Below, piece by piece: positions 52,592-62,434 of a stretch of 64,000 nucleotides of DNA. Below the pieces are notes generated by a model, which had not been told where the DNA came from, did no database searches, and worked only from the letters and a program-made list of their open reading frames with translations. Each line of letters begins with the position of its first letter. The stretch's first letter is position 1. Origin of the DNA: Kiritimatiellia bacterium (GTDB taxonomy: Bacteria; Verrucomicrobiota; Kiritimatiellia; JAAZAB01); the NCBI GenBank assembly GCA_040767085.1, contig JAXGPF010000003.1:64001-128000 (forward strand). Reading direction: 5' to 3'. The translations under genes and the position numbers were made by a program.

Positions 52592-53362
52592 CTATTCCAG
52601 GATAAACATCGGTTCTGCGTTCAAGTCGGCCAAGACCGAGCTGGCGGACGCCTCTTCCTCGACTGTTCCGGAAATCGCCAGCCATACAGAACCTTCTGCT
52701 CCGCACACTCCGCCTGCCGCAACCAGTTCTGCTCGTGCGCCAGTGAGAATCGTGCATGCCTCCAGTTCCGTTACAACTTCTCCTGAAACTGGAAGCATCC
52801 GTGCGCCGACCGCGTCAGGTGCATTCAGGCGTGCGGCGATGCTGCTCAATTCGGCAGAGACACGCTTTTCGAGTCCGACAGGCAGGATGAGGCGCACGCG
52901 CCTTCCAACAACGGCCTGCAGTGCCGCCACGATTGTGCCACCTTTCGGATGCCCGATCAGTATGCCAGCCTGTTTCCGCACAAGGTCAACGGCATTTGCG
53001 CCCTTCAGAATGACATCACCTTCCTTCAGGGCATCAACAACGTCGAATATGGTCTTGCCCTTCAACCAAGCGCCTTTCTGGATCACAACATCACCCGGGA
53101 ATTGGCTCTCGTCTGGCAACCGACCGGTATCCGTCGTCTTCTCGCATGGTGGCAACGTGATTCCGCGGAAGAATCGTTGACGTGAGAACCCCTCCGCATT
53201 CCCGCATGCCGACAGCAACTCCTCGGCCACATATCCATTGGTCGTTCCAGCGACAACAACGACTGTGCCAGACTGAAGGGCCGTTCTGATTGCCGGGTGA
53301 CCCGTAAGGGCCTTCGCGATCAGTCGCTTTCCAGCAGCAGGGGTTACTATGGTCTGTATCAT
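52592..53362 (-). CDS. Cassette: conserved hypothetical protein
   Basis: [43 protein letters not shown]. Confidence 0.75.
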   Translation of the reverse strand: MIQTIVTPAAGKRLIAKALTGHPAIRTALQSGTVVVVAGTTNGYVAEELLSACGNAEGFSRQRFFRGITLPPCEKTTDTGRLPDESQFPGDVVIQKGAWLKGKTIFDVVDALKEGDVILKGANAVDLVRKQAGILIGHPKGGTIVAALQAVVGRRVRLILPVGLEKRVSAELSSIAARLNAPDAVGARMLPVSGEVVTELEACTILTGARAELVAAGGVCGAEGSVWLAISGTVEEEASASSVLADLNAEPMFILE

Positions 53363-53383
53363 TTCATTTCTCCTATCTGTCGA

Positions 53384-53779
53384 ATCGGGATAGGGGGGGC
53401 GCCTCGCGGCGCCGCCCCTCCCACACCACCCGGCATGCGGATCACGCACCAGGCGATTCCGTGCGGTAACATATGCAACAAAGGTAGCCCTATCTCAACG
53501 AAATGTCGAGTCGGCAGCGCAATGCCCAGCCCGTCGCAACCCGGAAGTATGCCAGCCGTACAGGTAAGCCGCCAGTGCGCCGATTATCCGGCACATGCGG
53601 CATCCGCGAGTGGCTCGTCATCTCCCGTATCCTCGCCCTGATTCTCTCTGACTTTCGTTCTGATGGGCTGCCTCCCCATCCCGCCTCGCGACGACACAGT
53701 TGCCCTTTCGCTTCCCTTCGGCTTCTCCTTCACCTGGCGTGGGTACTTGCACCCACAAGTTACGTGCCATCCCCGGCAC
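53384..53779 (-). mobile_element. Internally deleted group IIC intron (396 bp)
   Basis: 5' GTGCCGGGGATGGCACG domain I stem; DV with CGC triad (GAATCGCCTGGTGCG...CGCATGCCGGGTGGTGT); DVI ending CCTATCCCGAT; IEP domain X relics ([31 protein letters not shown]). Confidence 0.88.
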
Positions 53780-53831
53780 GGTCCGGTTCAGCGGCGCGCT
53801 TTGGCGCGTCCGTTGCGACCGATTGTTCGGC
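53780..53831 (-). other. attC site with R' split by the intron relic
   Basis: GCCGAAC...gcgccaaagcgcgc...ggacc|GT; the remaining TCGAC lies beyond the intron. Confidence 0.8.
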
Positions 53832-54108
53832 TGTCTGTTTCTACAAAACGTCCCGCGGCATACCGGTGAAGAATGCTAGCCATGAGCGTCTGATAGGGCA
53901 GGCCATCCTCAACGGCAATCGCCTGGATTTCCTCCAAATCCTTGGATGAGATGCGAATATTGACACGCCTATTTTTGGCCTGCGTGTTCCGGGCGTAACG
54001 CACATGCCGGGCAATTTCTCGCTCACGGTTTGCAACTGGTTTCCACTCTCCGCGCTCGAAGGAGTCAAGAATATCCTGTTCTTCCTTATCAAGTTTCATT
54101 TTCTGCAT
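53788..54108 (-). CDS. CopG/BrnA-like antitoxin
   Basis: LDKEEQDILDSFERGEW...RVNIRIS..DL..IQ..A..DGLPYQTL. Confidence 0.85.
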   Translation of the reverse strand: MQKMKLDKEEQDILDSFERGEWKPVANREREIARHVRYARNTQAKNRRVNIRISSKDLEEIQAIAVEDGLPYQTLMASILHRYAAGRFVETDSRTIGRNGRAKARR

Positions 54109-54382
54109 GGTGCCCTCCCAAATATTCACGTGTTGCTTTTCGGCTGGGTATGATGGTCTTTAGAAATCGCCCGTCGTCGGATTCCGCGAACGGAACCACA
54201 TAGGCATATTCTCCGATGCGAACGACCAGAATCTGTTGTCCTGGATACCGTTCCTGATTCGGATGTTGGTAGACATCCAGAAGATCACCATTCTCGATAT
54301 GCATCACAACCTGCTCGAAGCTGATGTCACGTTCAACCTTGAGTTGCTCGTTTTTCTCTATGCTCCAGCGGTAGTAAGGCAT
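54089..54382 (-). CDS. BrnT-like toxin
   Basis: W..EKNEQLK.ER.ISFE, HPN..RYP.Q, FLKTIIPSRKAT. Confidence 0.85.
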   Translation of the reverse strand: MPYYRWSIEKNEQLKVERDISFEQVVMHIENGDLLDVYQHPNQERYPGQQILVVRIGEYAYVVPFAESDDGRFLKTIIPSRKATREYLGGHHAENET

Positions 54383-54388
54383 GATTGA

Positions 54389-54417
54389 ATGCTATCACAT
54401 TGTGTGCCTTGCGGCAA
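54389..54417 (-). promoter_or_regulatory. Sigma70 promoter of the TA cassette (probably leaderless mRNA)
   Basis: TTGCCG-17 bp-TAGCAT, 6 bp before the ATG. Confidence 0.65.
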
Positions 54418-54431
54418 CACATTTCTTTTTT

Positions 54432-54491
54432 GGCGAACGTCGCAAATCTGCCTCGGAGCGAAGCGACGTAAAATGCAGGCGCTGGTTCGGC
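54432..54491 (-). other. attC site
   Basis: GCCGAAC...GTTCGCC. Confidence 0.8.
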
Positions 54492-54501
54492 ATTCCCGTG
54501 C

Positions 54502-54960
54502 TTAGGGGACATACCACAGGCCGTCTGTGATGTTCGAGCCCCCCAAGTTCCCAAGCTGCGAGTCGTCCTTCCCTTTTACGAAGCCGATGAACCCGACGCG
54601 CAGCGTCGGGTGTAGGGCCACATAGGTTCGATCAGGCGAGACCCTGATGCGATCTGGGTTCATGTTGCGGATTGCCGCAGGAACATCCTCCCCGAGTGGC
54701 TTCCGCTTGCGGTCCCACATGACATCGGATCCGAAGGCCGTTGACGGCTGTGCCCATGCGTCCCAGAAGTGACGGTAATTCTGCGCCATTGAGCGACAGG
54801 CAGCGAGCAATTCGACATGATCCGCATTCGTGATGCGTTCGCGCTGTGCTTCGCGATCCCGCACGGCGTTGTTGGCGGTCATGTAGCACCACAGCACGAG
54901 CAGGAGGGGGGCGGCGCAGATGCCAATCCCGACGAGCCATTTCTGGTATCGCTTCTTCAT
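54502..54960 (-). CDS. Cassette: membrane-anchored hypothetical protein
   Basis: N-terminal hydrophobic helix; bounded by attC sites. Confidence 0.7.
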   Translation of the reverse strand: MKKRYQKWLVGIGICAAPLLLVLWCYMTANNAVRDREAQRERITNADHVELLAACRSMAQNYRHFWDAWAQPSTAFGSDVMWDRKRKPLGEDVPAAIRNMNPDRIRVSPDRTYVALHPTLRVGFIGFVKGKDDSQLGNLGGSNITDGLWYVP

Positions 54961-54966
54961 CTCAAT

Positions 54967-55037
54967 GCCGAACGTCACGCCTCAACGGACGGCGAACCCG
55001 CCGCGGGTGAGCCGTACGGTGGAGGCGCTGGTTCAGT
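54967..55037 (-). other. attC site
   Basis: ACTGAAC...GTTCGGC with palindromic core. Confidence 0.8.
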
Positions 55038-55406
55038 GAATTCATTGCTGTGTTTTGACAGGTAAAGCATGACGATGATTCCAAGTATTGTTCCGATGGG
55101 GATGCTGAACAGCCACAGGACGGCGAGTATCCACATGGCCGTCTTGAACCATGCGGCTCGGTATCTCGCGCCAAAGAGCGCAACGAGGAGTAATACGGCC
55201 CCGATGAGCGACAAGACCATGCCTCCTGCGGTCGTATAAAGCGCAAGACTGATGTCAGATGCCAGAGCTTCGGGCTGGGCTTCGCTGTTCTTAGATAATT
55301 CGGCAAAAGCCCGCAGCATTCCGACGACTGTTCCTGCGATTCCGATCAAGAACCCAAATTGCAGGATTACACCCCATAGAGCCAGTTGCTTTCCGTTCTC
55401 TTTCAT
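54975..55406 (-). CDS. Cassette: small membrane protein with MotA/TolQ/ExbB channel-like segment
   Basis: GIAGTVVGMLRAF...LASDISLALYTTAGG. Confidence 0.7.
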   Translation of the reverse strand: MKENGKQLALWGVILQFGFLIGIAGTVVGMLRAFAELSKNSEAQPEALASDISLALYTTAGGMVLSLIGAVLLLVALFGARYRAAWFKTAMWILAVLWLFSIPIGTILGIIVMLYLSKHSNEFTEPAPPPYGSPAAGSPSVEA

Positions 55407-55415
55407 ACTCTCCTC

Positions 55416-55450
55416 ACCGAACAGTATTATTGAGCCTACTTCGCGAATAC
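55416..55450 (-). other. attI-like site 1
   Basis: Non-palindromic CGAAGTAGGCTCAATAATACT-GTT heading a cassette run; 24 bp identical to 63965-63988. Confidence 0.65.
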
Positions 55451-55457
55451 TGACGGG

Positions 55458-55493
55458 GCGCATGTGATTATGTATTTATAAATCACATGTGCG
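55458..55493. terminator. Hairpin after the restriction endonuclease gene
   Basis: gcgcatgtgatt...aatcacatgtgcgc. Confidence 0.45.
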
Positions 55494-55499
55494 CTATTG

Positions 55500-58103
55500 T
55501 CAAATGCTTAATCCAGCGCCGGATGGTACATTCTCAAATACCTTTAGCGCATCCCGCCGCGTTATGACCGTGTCGTAAAGACCGATGTCCTCGCCCTCGT
55601 GTTTGTTGATGCCGGTGTATCTCAGGCTGGAGTCTTCGTAACGCTTGAACTTGTAAACCGCGTCGTTCATCAGGGCGCTGTTGAACACGCCCAAGCTGAC
55701 CAGCAACTCGAAGTCCTTGACGGTGAGCCCCGTGACTTTCCTGAAGAGGCCGGGTTCAAGTTGTGTAATGACGTCCTTCAGGGTCCGCTCGCGGTAATCG
55801 GTCAGGTACATGAAGATGGGAATCCGCGTGGCGAATTTGATGAGCTTCTCCTGAATCTGTTTGCGCAGGCTCTTGTATTCCTTCTCCTCCTGCGAAAGCT
55901 CCTTCTTTTCTTCCGCGGAAAGCTTCTCGTCGTTGGCTTCCTTGCGCGCTTTCTTGACGGCCTCGGACTTGTTGATGATCGTCGCGATGTCTTGGTTCAG
56001 ATTGCGGAAACCCTCGATGTTCATCAGGGCGTCCATCGCCTTCTTATCAGCCATCAGGCGGCGCAAGGTGTCGTTATCCACATTGACCAGGAGGGCGCTT
56101 TCCCAGCGCCGCGCCAGCAATGTGGCCGTCGTACCGCTCATGGCCATGTCGAGAATCCCGGCGGCATCAATCTGTTTCATGGAACTGCCGTCGTAAGCCA
56201 GCACCGGCAGGAAACTGATGAACTCCTCGACCTTCTTTTCCGGGTTGACCTCATTCAAGTTCAACCGGCAACTGTAATCGGCAATCTGGCGCAATGCCCG
56301 ATCGGGGGCGAAGTCGAAGACGTAGCATTCTTCCTTGATGATCTGCTCGGTGTTCGGAGATGCGCCGTCCGGGTTGCGCACCGTCCAGGGGGATTGCACA
56401 CGGAACGCCGCTTGAAAATATGTTTCCGGGCTCGACGAGTTGCGCAAAATGAGAATACCCGTCCACGGTTTCACTGTCACTCCCGTGGTCAATTTGCCGC
56501 AGGAAAGCGTGATGGTCCTGGTGGCGAGCGGATCGTCCATCGCTTCCAGCACAGGCGGCAAGGCCGCGGCGCCGATCCCGGCGGCGCTTCCCGCCGCCAC
56601 GATGATCTTGTAGTCGTGATAGAAGCGGTTTTGCCTCTTCGCCAGCAGGTTTCGCATGGCATGACAGGCCGCCACGCTGGGCAAAAACCAGAAGGAATGC
56701 GAAAGCACTCCCAGGAGCCGGACATCCGAGAACGGCATCGGCGGCTTTTGCGCGCCCAGTTTCAGGTTGTCCACACTGGCCGGCATGAACGCGCCGCGAA
56801 TCAGGTCCAGCCATTTCTGCACTTCTTCCGCGTACCTGAATTTCGCCTTGTCCCCAATGCCCTCGGCGGAGAAGAACACATTCAAATCGAACTCATTGAA
56901 CTCACCCTGCATGGCGATATCCCGGATCGCGTCGGGCAGTTGGTATGTCAAAAGCACCATTCGGGGCAGCGGGGCATATGGGTTGTTTGGGCCGTTCCAA
57001 TACCGCTTGGCGCGCTGCTCGTCGGAATACGTCCAGTTGTAAATCTGCTCTTCAATGAACTCGCCCGACGCAATGGCCCGGAACGGCGTGCCGGACAGGT
57101 AAAGATACCCGTCCGTGGTGATCGGCATGATCGTTTCATCAAAATCCTCGATGCCTTCGCCCTCGGCGAATTTTCGTTCCTTTTCATCCTCCGACTCGAA
57201 AAGCTCCTTTGCGTTTTCGCGCCAGGCTCCGTAATGGTACTCGTCCAGAATCACGCAATCCCAATGCGTGGTGTGGACCCATTCGTTCTTGGTCTTGATG
57301 CCGCCGGTGCTGGGGTTGCGGCCCAGGTAGTCCTGGAATGAGCCGAAGCAAACAAAAGGCTTTTTCTTGTCCGCTTGCTCATAGGTCAGGCCGCCCGGCT
57401 TGATGAACTGCCAGCCCCGGAAGTCAACATGGCATTTCAAGTCTTCTTCCCAAGCGCTTTGAACGGCGGGCTTGAAGGTCAGAACCAGCACCTTTCGCCA
57501 GCCCATTTTTTTCGCCAACTGATACGCAGCAAAAGTCTTGCCGAAACGCATCTTGGCATTCCAGAGGAAATGCGGCGGCTTGTCCCGGTTGCTTTTGTCA
57601 TTGCGCCAACTGGCGAAATAGGCGGCCGTCTTCTCGACCGCCGCGACCTGTTCCGGGCGCATTTGGAAATCCAGCGACCGATTTTCCTCGTTCAATTGCC
57701 CGGTCCGGACTGCGATGATCGCCGACTTGACTTGGGCCACCGTGCAACGGAACCATTCTCCGTCGGGGTTCTTGATGCCGTTAACCCGCAGCATCCGGTG
57801 CACGTCGTGGTCTGTGAACACCGTCCCGTCATTCCGCATGGCGGATTCTTCGAGAACGATCCGGTACGGCGGCCGGCCGGGCTTCTTTGTCGGATACTGC
57901 TGGGCGACGCGGCCTTGGGCATTCACGGTTGTGTAGCCGATTTTGAGCAGCCCCGCATATTGTGGGTTCGTGTCCTCGTAGGCGTAGATTGTCGGCCTCG
58001 ATGCCGGGCGCGGAGGAAAGAACTCCGGTTCATCCGCAAATGAACGCGAATGAACGCCAATAAGGGAAGAGCCTTTCTTTGATTCGAGTCTAATCGCGCT
58101 CAT
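55500..58103 (-). CDS. Restriction endonuclease: GIY-YIG/T5orf172-like domain plus SF2 helicase
   Basis: IYAY...LKIGYT...EWF; WNAKMRFGKT, DEYH, LSGTP, YFQAAFRVQ. Confidence 0.85.
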   Translation of the reverse strand: MSAIRLESKKGSSLIGVHSRSFADEPEFFPPRPASRPTIYAYEDTNPQYAGLLKIGYTTVNAQGRVAQQYPTKKPGRPPYRIVLEESAMRNDGTVFTDHDVHRMLRVNGIKNPDGEWFRCTVAQVKSAIIAVRTGQLNEENRSLDFQMRPEQVAAVEKTAAYFASWRNDKSNRDKPPHFLWNAKMRFGKTFAAYQLAKKMGWRKVLVLTFKPAVQSAWEEDLKCHVDFRGWQFIKPGGLTYEQADKKKPFVCFGSFQDYLGRNPSTGGIKTKNEWVHTTHWDCVILDEYHYGAWRENAKELFESEDEKERKFAEGEGIEDFDETIMPITTDGYLYLSGTPFRAIASGEFIEEQIYNWTYSDEQRAKRYWNGPNNPYAPLPRMVLLTYQLPDAIRDIAMQGEFNEFDLNVFFSAEGIGDKAKFRYAEEVQKWLDLIRGAFMPASVDNLKLGAQKPPMPFSDVRLLGVLSHSFWFLPSVAACHAMRNLLAKRQNRFYHDYKIIVAAGSAAGIGAAALPPVLEAMDDPLATRTITLSCGKLTTGVTVKPWTGILILRNSSSPETYFQAAFRVQSPWTVRNPDGASPNTEQIIKEECYVFDFAPDRALRQIADYSCRLNLNEVNPEKKVEEFISFLPVLAYDGSSMKQIDAAGILDMAMSGTTATLLARRWESALLVNVDNDTLRRLMADKKAMDALMNIEGFRNLNQDIATIINKSEAVKKARKEANDEKLSAEEKKELSQEEKEYKSLRKQIQEKLIKFATRIPIFMYLTDYRERTLKDVITQLEPGLFRKVTGLTVKDFELLVSLGVFNSALMNDAVYKFKRYEDSSLRYTGINKHEGEDIGLYDTVITRRDALKVFENVPSGAGLSI

Positions 58104-58951
58104 TCGCGTTTCCCTATCCTCGACTGCTTTCCCGCCGGCGGCAGGAAGTTCTCGCCGGTCACTACCTTGCGCCCCGTCTTCTGCTCCAACTCCCGCCGCG
58201 CCCGTTTGGCGATGCGTCCGCCTTTCTTCCCGGCCTCGGCATTTTCGCCCATGCCGATCGCTTCCACGCTTTCGGCGATCTGGCGGGTGGACAATTCCGC
58301 CAGCGCGGTGAAGATCAGCTCCGCCTCGCTCATGTGATCACGCAGGTTCTGCGCCTTGAGCCCTTTAATAGCCTTATGCTTCTTGACCGAAACCCCGCTC
58401 CATTCCTGGTGGATGATATTGGTCAGGATGGAATATTCCTCCTCGCCTTTGATCTCGTGGTCCTGCCAATAATCGGTGAGCTTGTTGCGGGTTTCCTGCC
58501 CCATCATCCGCTGCTGAATCCATTTCTCGCTGCGGCCGTGCTTCTTCCAGTATTCCCGTGCCCGGTCCAGCGACCGCACCGGGTCGCTCATGTCCTGGAT
58601 GCGCTCATACCCTACCTTGGCCAGCCAGAGTTTGATCGGTTCTGCCCTGGGACTGGGGACGGATTGAATAATCCGCAGAAGTGTTTCAGGGTCAGCAACA
58701 TCCGTCAGATAGGATTTTCCGTCAGCCGCAGGCAGTTTCAGTCGGTTACATTTTGTAACCGACTCACTTCCCTCGCTTTTAAGCCGGTTTTTCAGGACTT
58801 TCCAGTAATTGCGGGCGGCCTGATAGTCCGGTTGCTGGATCAGCGCCGCGACGATGTCCACCACGGAGAAATACCAGGTCTCCGACTTCTTGTCGTAAAC
58901 GCGCCGGATTTTGAAATCCTCAAAGACAGCCAATGCTTTTTCGTTTGTCAT
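58100..58951 (-). CDS. BRO-N domain protein
   Basis: IRRVYD...WYFSVVDIV, LLRIIQSVPSPRAEP.KLWLA, NLRDHM. Confidence 0.85.
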   Translation of the reverse strand: MTNEKALAVFEDFKIRRVYDKKSETWYFSVVDIVAALIQQPDYQAARNYWKVLKNRLKSEGSESVTKCNRLKLPAADGKSYLTDVADPETLLRIIQSVPSPRAEPIKLWLAKVGYERIQDMSDPVRSLDRAREYWKKHGRSEKWIQQRMMGQETRNKLTDYWQDHEIKGEEEYSILTNIIHQEWSGVSVKKHKAIKGLKAQNLRDHMSEAELIFTALAELSTRQIAESVEAIGMGENAEAGKKGGRIAKRARRELEQKTGRKVVTGENFLPPAGKQSRIGKRE

Positions 58952-58967
58952 GGTTGACCTGCCGAAT

Positions 58968-59152
58968 TATCCACAGATGACGCAGATTTTTGCAGATTAT
59001 TTTCGGTGGATCCGGTATCTGCGTTAATCCGTGGAATCAGCGAATTATTCATCTGCTTCATCCGGAATGATTATCCGCAGATGGCGCAGATTTTCGCAGA
59101 TTATTTTCGGCGGATTCCGGTATCTGCGTTAATCTGTGTAATCTGTGGATTA
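58968..59152. repeat. Tandem pair of 9-bp-period CGCAGAT inverted-repeat units
   Basis: atccacagatgacgcagatttttgcagatt...atctgcgttaatccgtgg, repeated twice. Confidence 0.85.
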
Positions 59153-60758
59153 TTATGCCTGCTCATCGACCCCGCTTTCCGCCTTGTCATTATCCGCTGG
59201 CATTGGGCGGACAATGGAGGAAATAAAATCAATCTCAGCCTGCGTTAGCTTGAAATGCTTGTTAAGTTTGTCATCAGTCCATATTTCTGTCATTGGAAGT
59301 TGAGGAACGAAGGCGAACCGCTCCTTTGTGATATGTTGCGTGTTTTTCCGCAATCCAACCAAAAATCGGAAGAAGTGGGTTCGCATGTACGCAGCAAGGT
59401 GTTCTGCCTCGTCCTTTGTCTTGTATGACCCAATGACGATGTAAGTTTCCGTACAGGCACTGGGCGGGCTTGCCACAATAGGTTTGCCCATAATCATTCG
59501 AGGGTATTCCCGGGCTTCGCCGCCTTCGGACTTCCAGCGTGATCGTAACCCACATATGATGTCAATAACCTTCCAAAGATCAATCATATCGACGCCAACA
59601 GTAATGTCTGATTTCGGATCTTTTGGCCCTACTCGCCATTTCTGCCAACGCAAAATAATTTGATCACCTTGTCCTTCTGAGGCCGTCACGTAAGTTCTAA
59701 GTCCAAAATGGTTTTTGTCTAGCAGACACTTGCTCGCTCATGCGACAAAGAAGGATCTTTTCTTGACAAGGACCCTTCGTCCAAATGATTGGGAAACAGC
59801 CTTATTGAAGCGAGCAAACGTATGAAAGTCGGAAACTCGTTGAGAGGTAAGCGTAGTCGAAACAACGTCGTTCATCGTTATGCACGTTCGTGACTTCGAG
59901 CAAGGTCCACGAGTAATCACGCTCCCATAAGAAATAACATATTCCATCCGCTATAACCTTGACACCGGGAAATACGTCGGAAGCAATCGGATAATCAACA
60001 AGATGAGAGATACGTCGGTCGTGTAGCATTGCATCTCGGAACTCGTCAAGACCTTTGCCGCCAGCGAACCAGCGTGAGGGTATTATCATGGAAAGGAAAC
60101 GAGGGTTCAGCTTCTTGGCTTGCTCAACGAAGCGATTGTAGATGGGGGATGCCCCTGTGCTTTCGCCTGCATCACTCAATTGGTACGGTGGATTACCGAT
60201 AATTACATCAAATTTCATTTTGAAAATTCCCTCATGTTTGTCGGTGTGGATGAACTCATATGCATGGCTTTCATACTCTCGCCCGCGGTCGTACTCCTCC
60301 TTGCTGGCGCGACAAAACACACAACGGCCATTTACCCATGTGTGTTCCACTCGCCCGAAACGGATGTTGCCGGCGGGCTTGTCAAACAACTCACAGACGG
60401 AATATTTGCCGTTGGCGGTCTTGGAGCAATAGACGGAGCGGCGCGACAGCAGAGCGGTCAGTTCCGTAATTGCGAGCCCGTAGAGTTGATTTTTGAAGAT
60501 GTGGTTCATGCGCTGCAGGCGGTCAGGAATCTGGGCCTCCAGCCCCTTGTCCAGCCGCTTGGCGATCTCGCGCAGAAATACGCCCGACTTGCAACCGGGG
60601 TCAAGAAAGGTGGCTGTCTTGTCGCTCCAAAGTTCCTGCGGCAGCAGGTCCAGAATCCGGTTCACGAGTTGCGGCGGCGTGAACACCTCGTCACTACTCA
60701 AGTTGGCGATACAAGACAGCACATCCGGATTATAGTTGTCTGTGTTCATCTGCGTCAT
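59153..60758 (-). pseudogene. Eco57I-type adenine methyltransferase with specificity region, multiply frameshifted near 59.5-59.95 kb
   Basis: [41 protein letters not shown]-terminal CTETY...FFRFLV..RK.TQ...WTD in another frame. Confidence 0.8.
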
Positions 60759-61194
60759 CCGCAGACCTCCTCTGTTTCAACCGCAGATAGCGCAGATGAA
60801 CGCAGATTGTAAACAAAGCGCTTGTACTCGAGTCGGATAGCGCCAAAGTTGATCAGCAGAGCTTTGTGCAGCCTGGATGCTTTCAGGTAGTTGATCACTT
60901 GTGCCTCCTCCGTCCCGAAAGCTGCTTCAGCGCCTTGAGTTCGACAATCACCGCTCCGGAGCAAACGTAATCGGCTTTGTAGAACGTGTTCAATGGCTTA
61001 CCGCGATAGAACACCGGCAGTTCCTTTTCGCGTTCGTAAGGGATGCCCCTGAACCGAAACTCGCGTTCCAGCGCTTCCTGATAGACTGCTTCCAGAAAGC
61101 CAGACCCAAGGTCTGAATGCACGGCCATAGCTGCTCCGATTATCGCGTATGTCTCCGCATCTTTATTACCGTTATCTGCGTCAATCTGCGTCAT
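60755..61194 (-). pseudogene. GxxExxY protein (PD-(D/E)XK-like) with a 1-bp frameshift in a G run
   Basis: LGSGFLEAVYQEAL, ADYV...IVELKA, then EEAQVINYLKAS...LLINFG in the next frame. Confidence 0.85.
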
Positions 61195-61852
61195 CTGCGG
61201 ATTCCTTTTTCCCCAACTCCAGGAAATGCATGGGCGGATATTCGCGGATTGGCGTTGGGATGAAGACGTCTTCCCCCAGATCGGAGAAAAGCGGCAGTTC
61301 CTTCATGCCCTCGTGCGTCAGCAGTCCGTGAAACGTGAAGTCCCTCCGTTTGAGCATGCTGCCGTTGACCGGCGACCATTCAGAAAATACGATATAATCC
61401 GGTTTTTTGCCGACTGTTTTCAAGGTCAGGGCGTCGCCCCAGATGATATTGCGCCCAAGGATGAAACGGACCGCCTCGCGGCATTTGTTCTTGGCGCGGT
61501 CCTCGAACAGCCGGGAATAAAAGTCACAATCGAACACGCCAAAAAGCCGGTGCCGGCACTGGTGGACATTGTCCTCCAGGATGTCAATGCCGTAGATCGA
61601 AGAGACGGCCAGGACGGCATAACGCTCGAAGTCCAGTTGCGACTTGCCGTAGCGCTTTTCCACCACGGCGAGTTTCCGTTCCAGAATGGCCGTCAGGAAA
61701 TTCCCATTGCCGCAAGCCGGTTCGAGGAAGCGGGAATCAATCCGGTCCGTTTCCTGTTTCACGAGGTCGAGCATGGCGTTGACCTCGCGTTTGCCGGTCA
61801 ACACCTCGCCATGCTCGGCGACCCGCTGTTTCGATATGACTTGCGATTCCAT
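61181..61852 (-). CDS. Short SAM-dependent DNA methyltransferase of the RM cluster
   Basis: SKQRVAEHGEV.T, FLEPACGNGNFL, IYGIDILEDNV, NIIWGDAL. Confidence 0.85.
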   Translation of the reverse strand: MESQVISKQRVAEHGEVLTGKREVNAMLDLVKQETDRIDSRFLEPACGNGNFLTAILERKLAVVEKRYGKSQLDFERYAVLAVSSIYGIDILEDNVHQCRHRLFGVFDCDFYSRLFEDRAKNKCREAVRFILGRNIIWGDALTLKTVGKKPDYIVFSEWSPVNGSMLKRRDFTFHGLLTHEGMKELPLFSDLGEDVFIPTPIREYPPMHFLELGKKESADDAD

Positions 61853-61936
61853 CTGTGATTTATTTTCGTGGCCTGACTCACTCAGAAGCGCCATTTCACG
61901 TATCACCAGCAGGCTCGATGCTCTTGTTCGAGCGCT

Positions 61937-62277
61937 TTATACAAACGAGTCGCAATACTTCTGCCATTTCTGAGCCAAGAACTGCAACCTGCCTTGCTTG
62001 TAGACCGCCTTTTTGCTGTTCGTCTGTTGCGCCATATGAATGACATCGAGAAGAGTGTTTGCTTCTTTTTTAGAAATGTCGAGCTTGTAATATTTCTGTG
62101 ATGACATACCCACCTCTAACACCGGCTGCGGAATTGGGGCCTGTTTCAGTTTCGGCACAATAACTACGCGAGGTATTATGACTCTTTCGTTAAGGACGAT
62201 AAAACGATATCATCCAGCAAGTCCTCTGCGATCACGTTGGGTTGGGAAATCAGAGCTTCATATTCTTTTCTGGTCAT
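61937..62277 (-). pseudogene. Cassette: hypothetical protein with a 1-bp frameshift; its attC is truncated at ~61905-61932
   Basis: ATG at 62277 joins the 61937-62158 frame if one T is added; CTCGAAC R'' follows the stop and complements the cassette's GTTCGAG core. Confidence 0.55.
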
Positions 62278-62296
62278 CTTTTATCCTTTTGCTCGA

Positions 62297-62434
62297 ATCA
62301 GGATAGAGGGGCGACTCGCGACTGCCTCCCCACCCCGCCTCGTGACGACGCAGTTGCCCTTTCGCTTCCCTTCGGCTTCTCCTTCACCTGGCGTGGGTAC
62401 TTGCACACCACAAGTTACGTGCCATCCCCGGCAC
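62297..62434 (-). mobile_element. 138-bp mini group IIC intron derivative (5' domain I part fused to DVI)
   Basis: First ~110 nt nearly identical to the 5' part of the 53384-53779 element; ends CCTCTATCCTGAT; no DV or ORF. Confidence 0.85.

Noticed and set aside
58100-58951. Prophage, suggested by the BRO gene
   Set aside because: No structural, integrase or replication phage genes; BRO-N genes are common passengers in RM loci.
58968-59152. Possible CRISPR array
   Set aside because: No constant repeat with unique spacers and no cas genes; these are periodic inverted repeats.
60895-60930. Programmed frameshift in GxxExxY
   Set aside because: One missing G in a short run with no slippery heptamer; a similar defect at ~62200 points to sequencing error or simple mutation.
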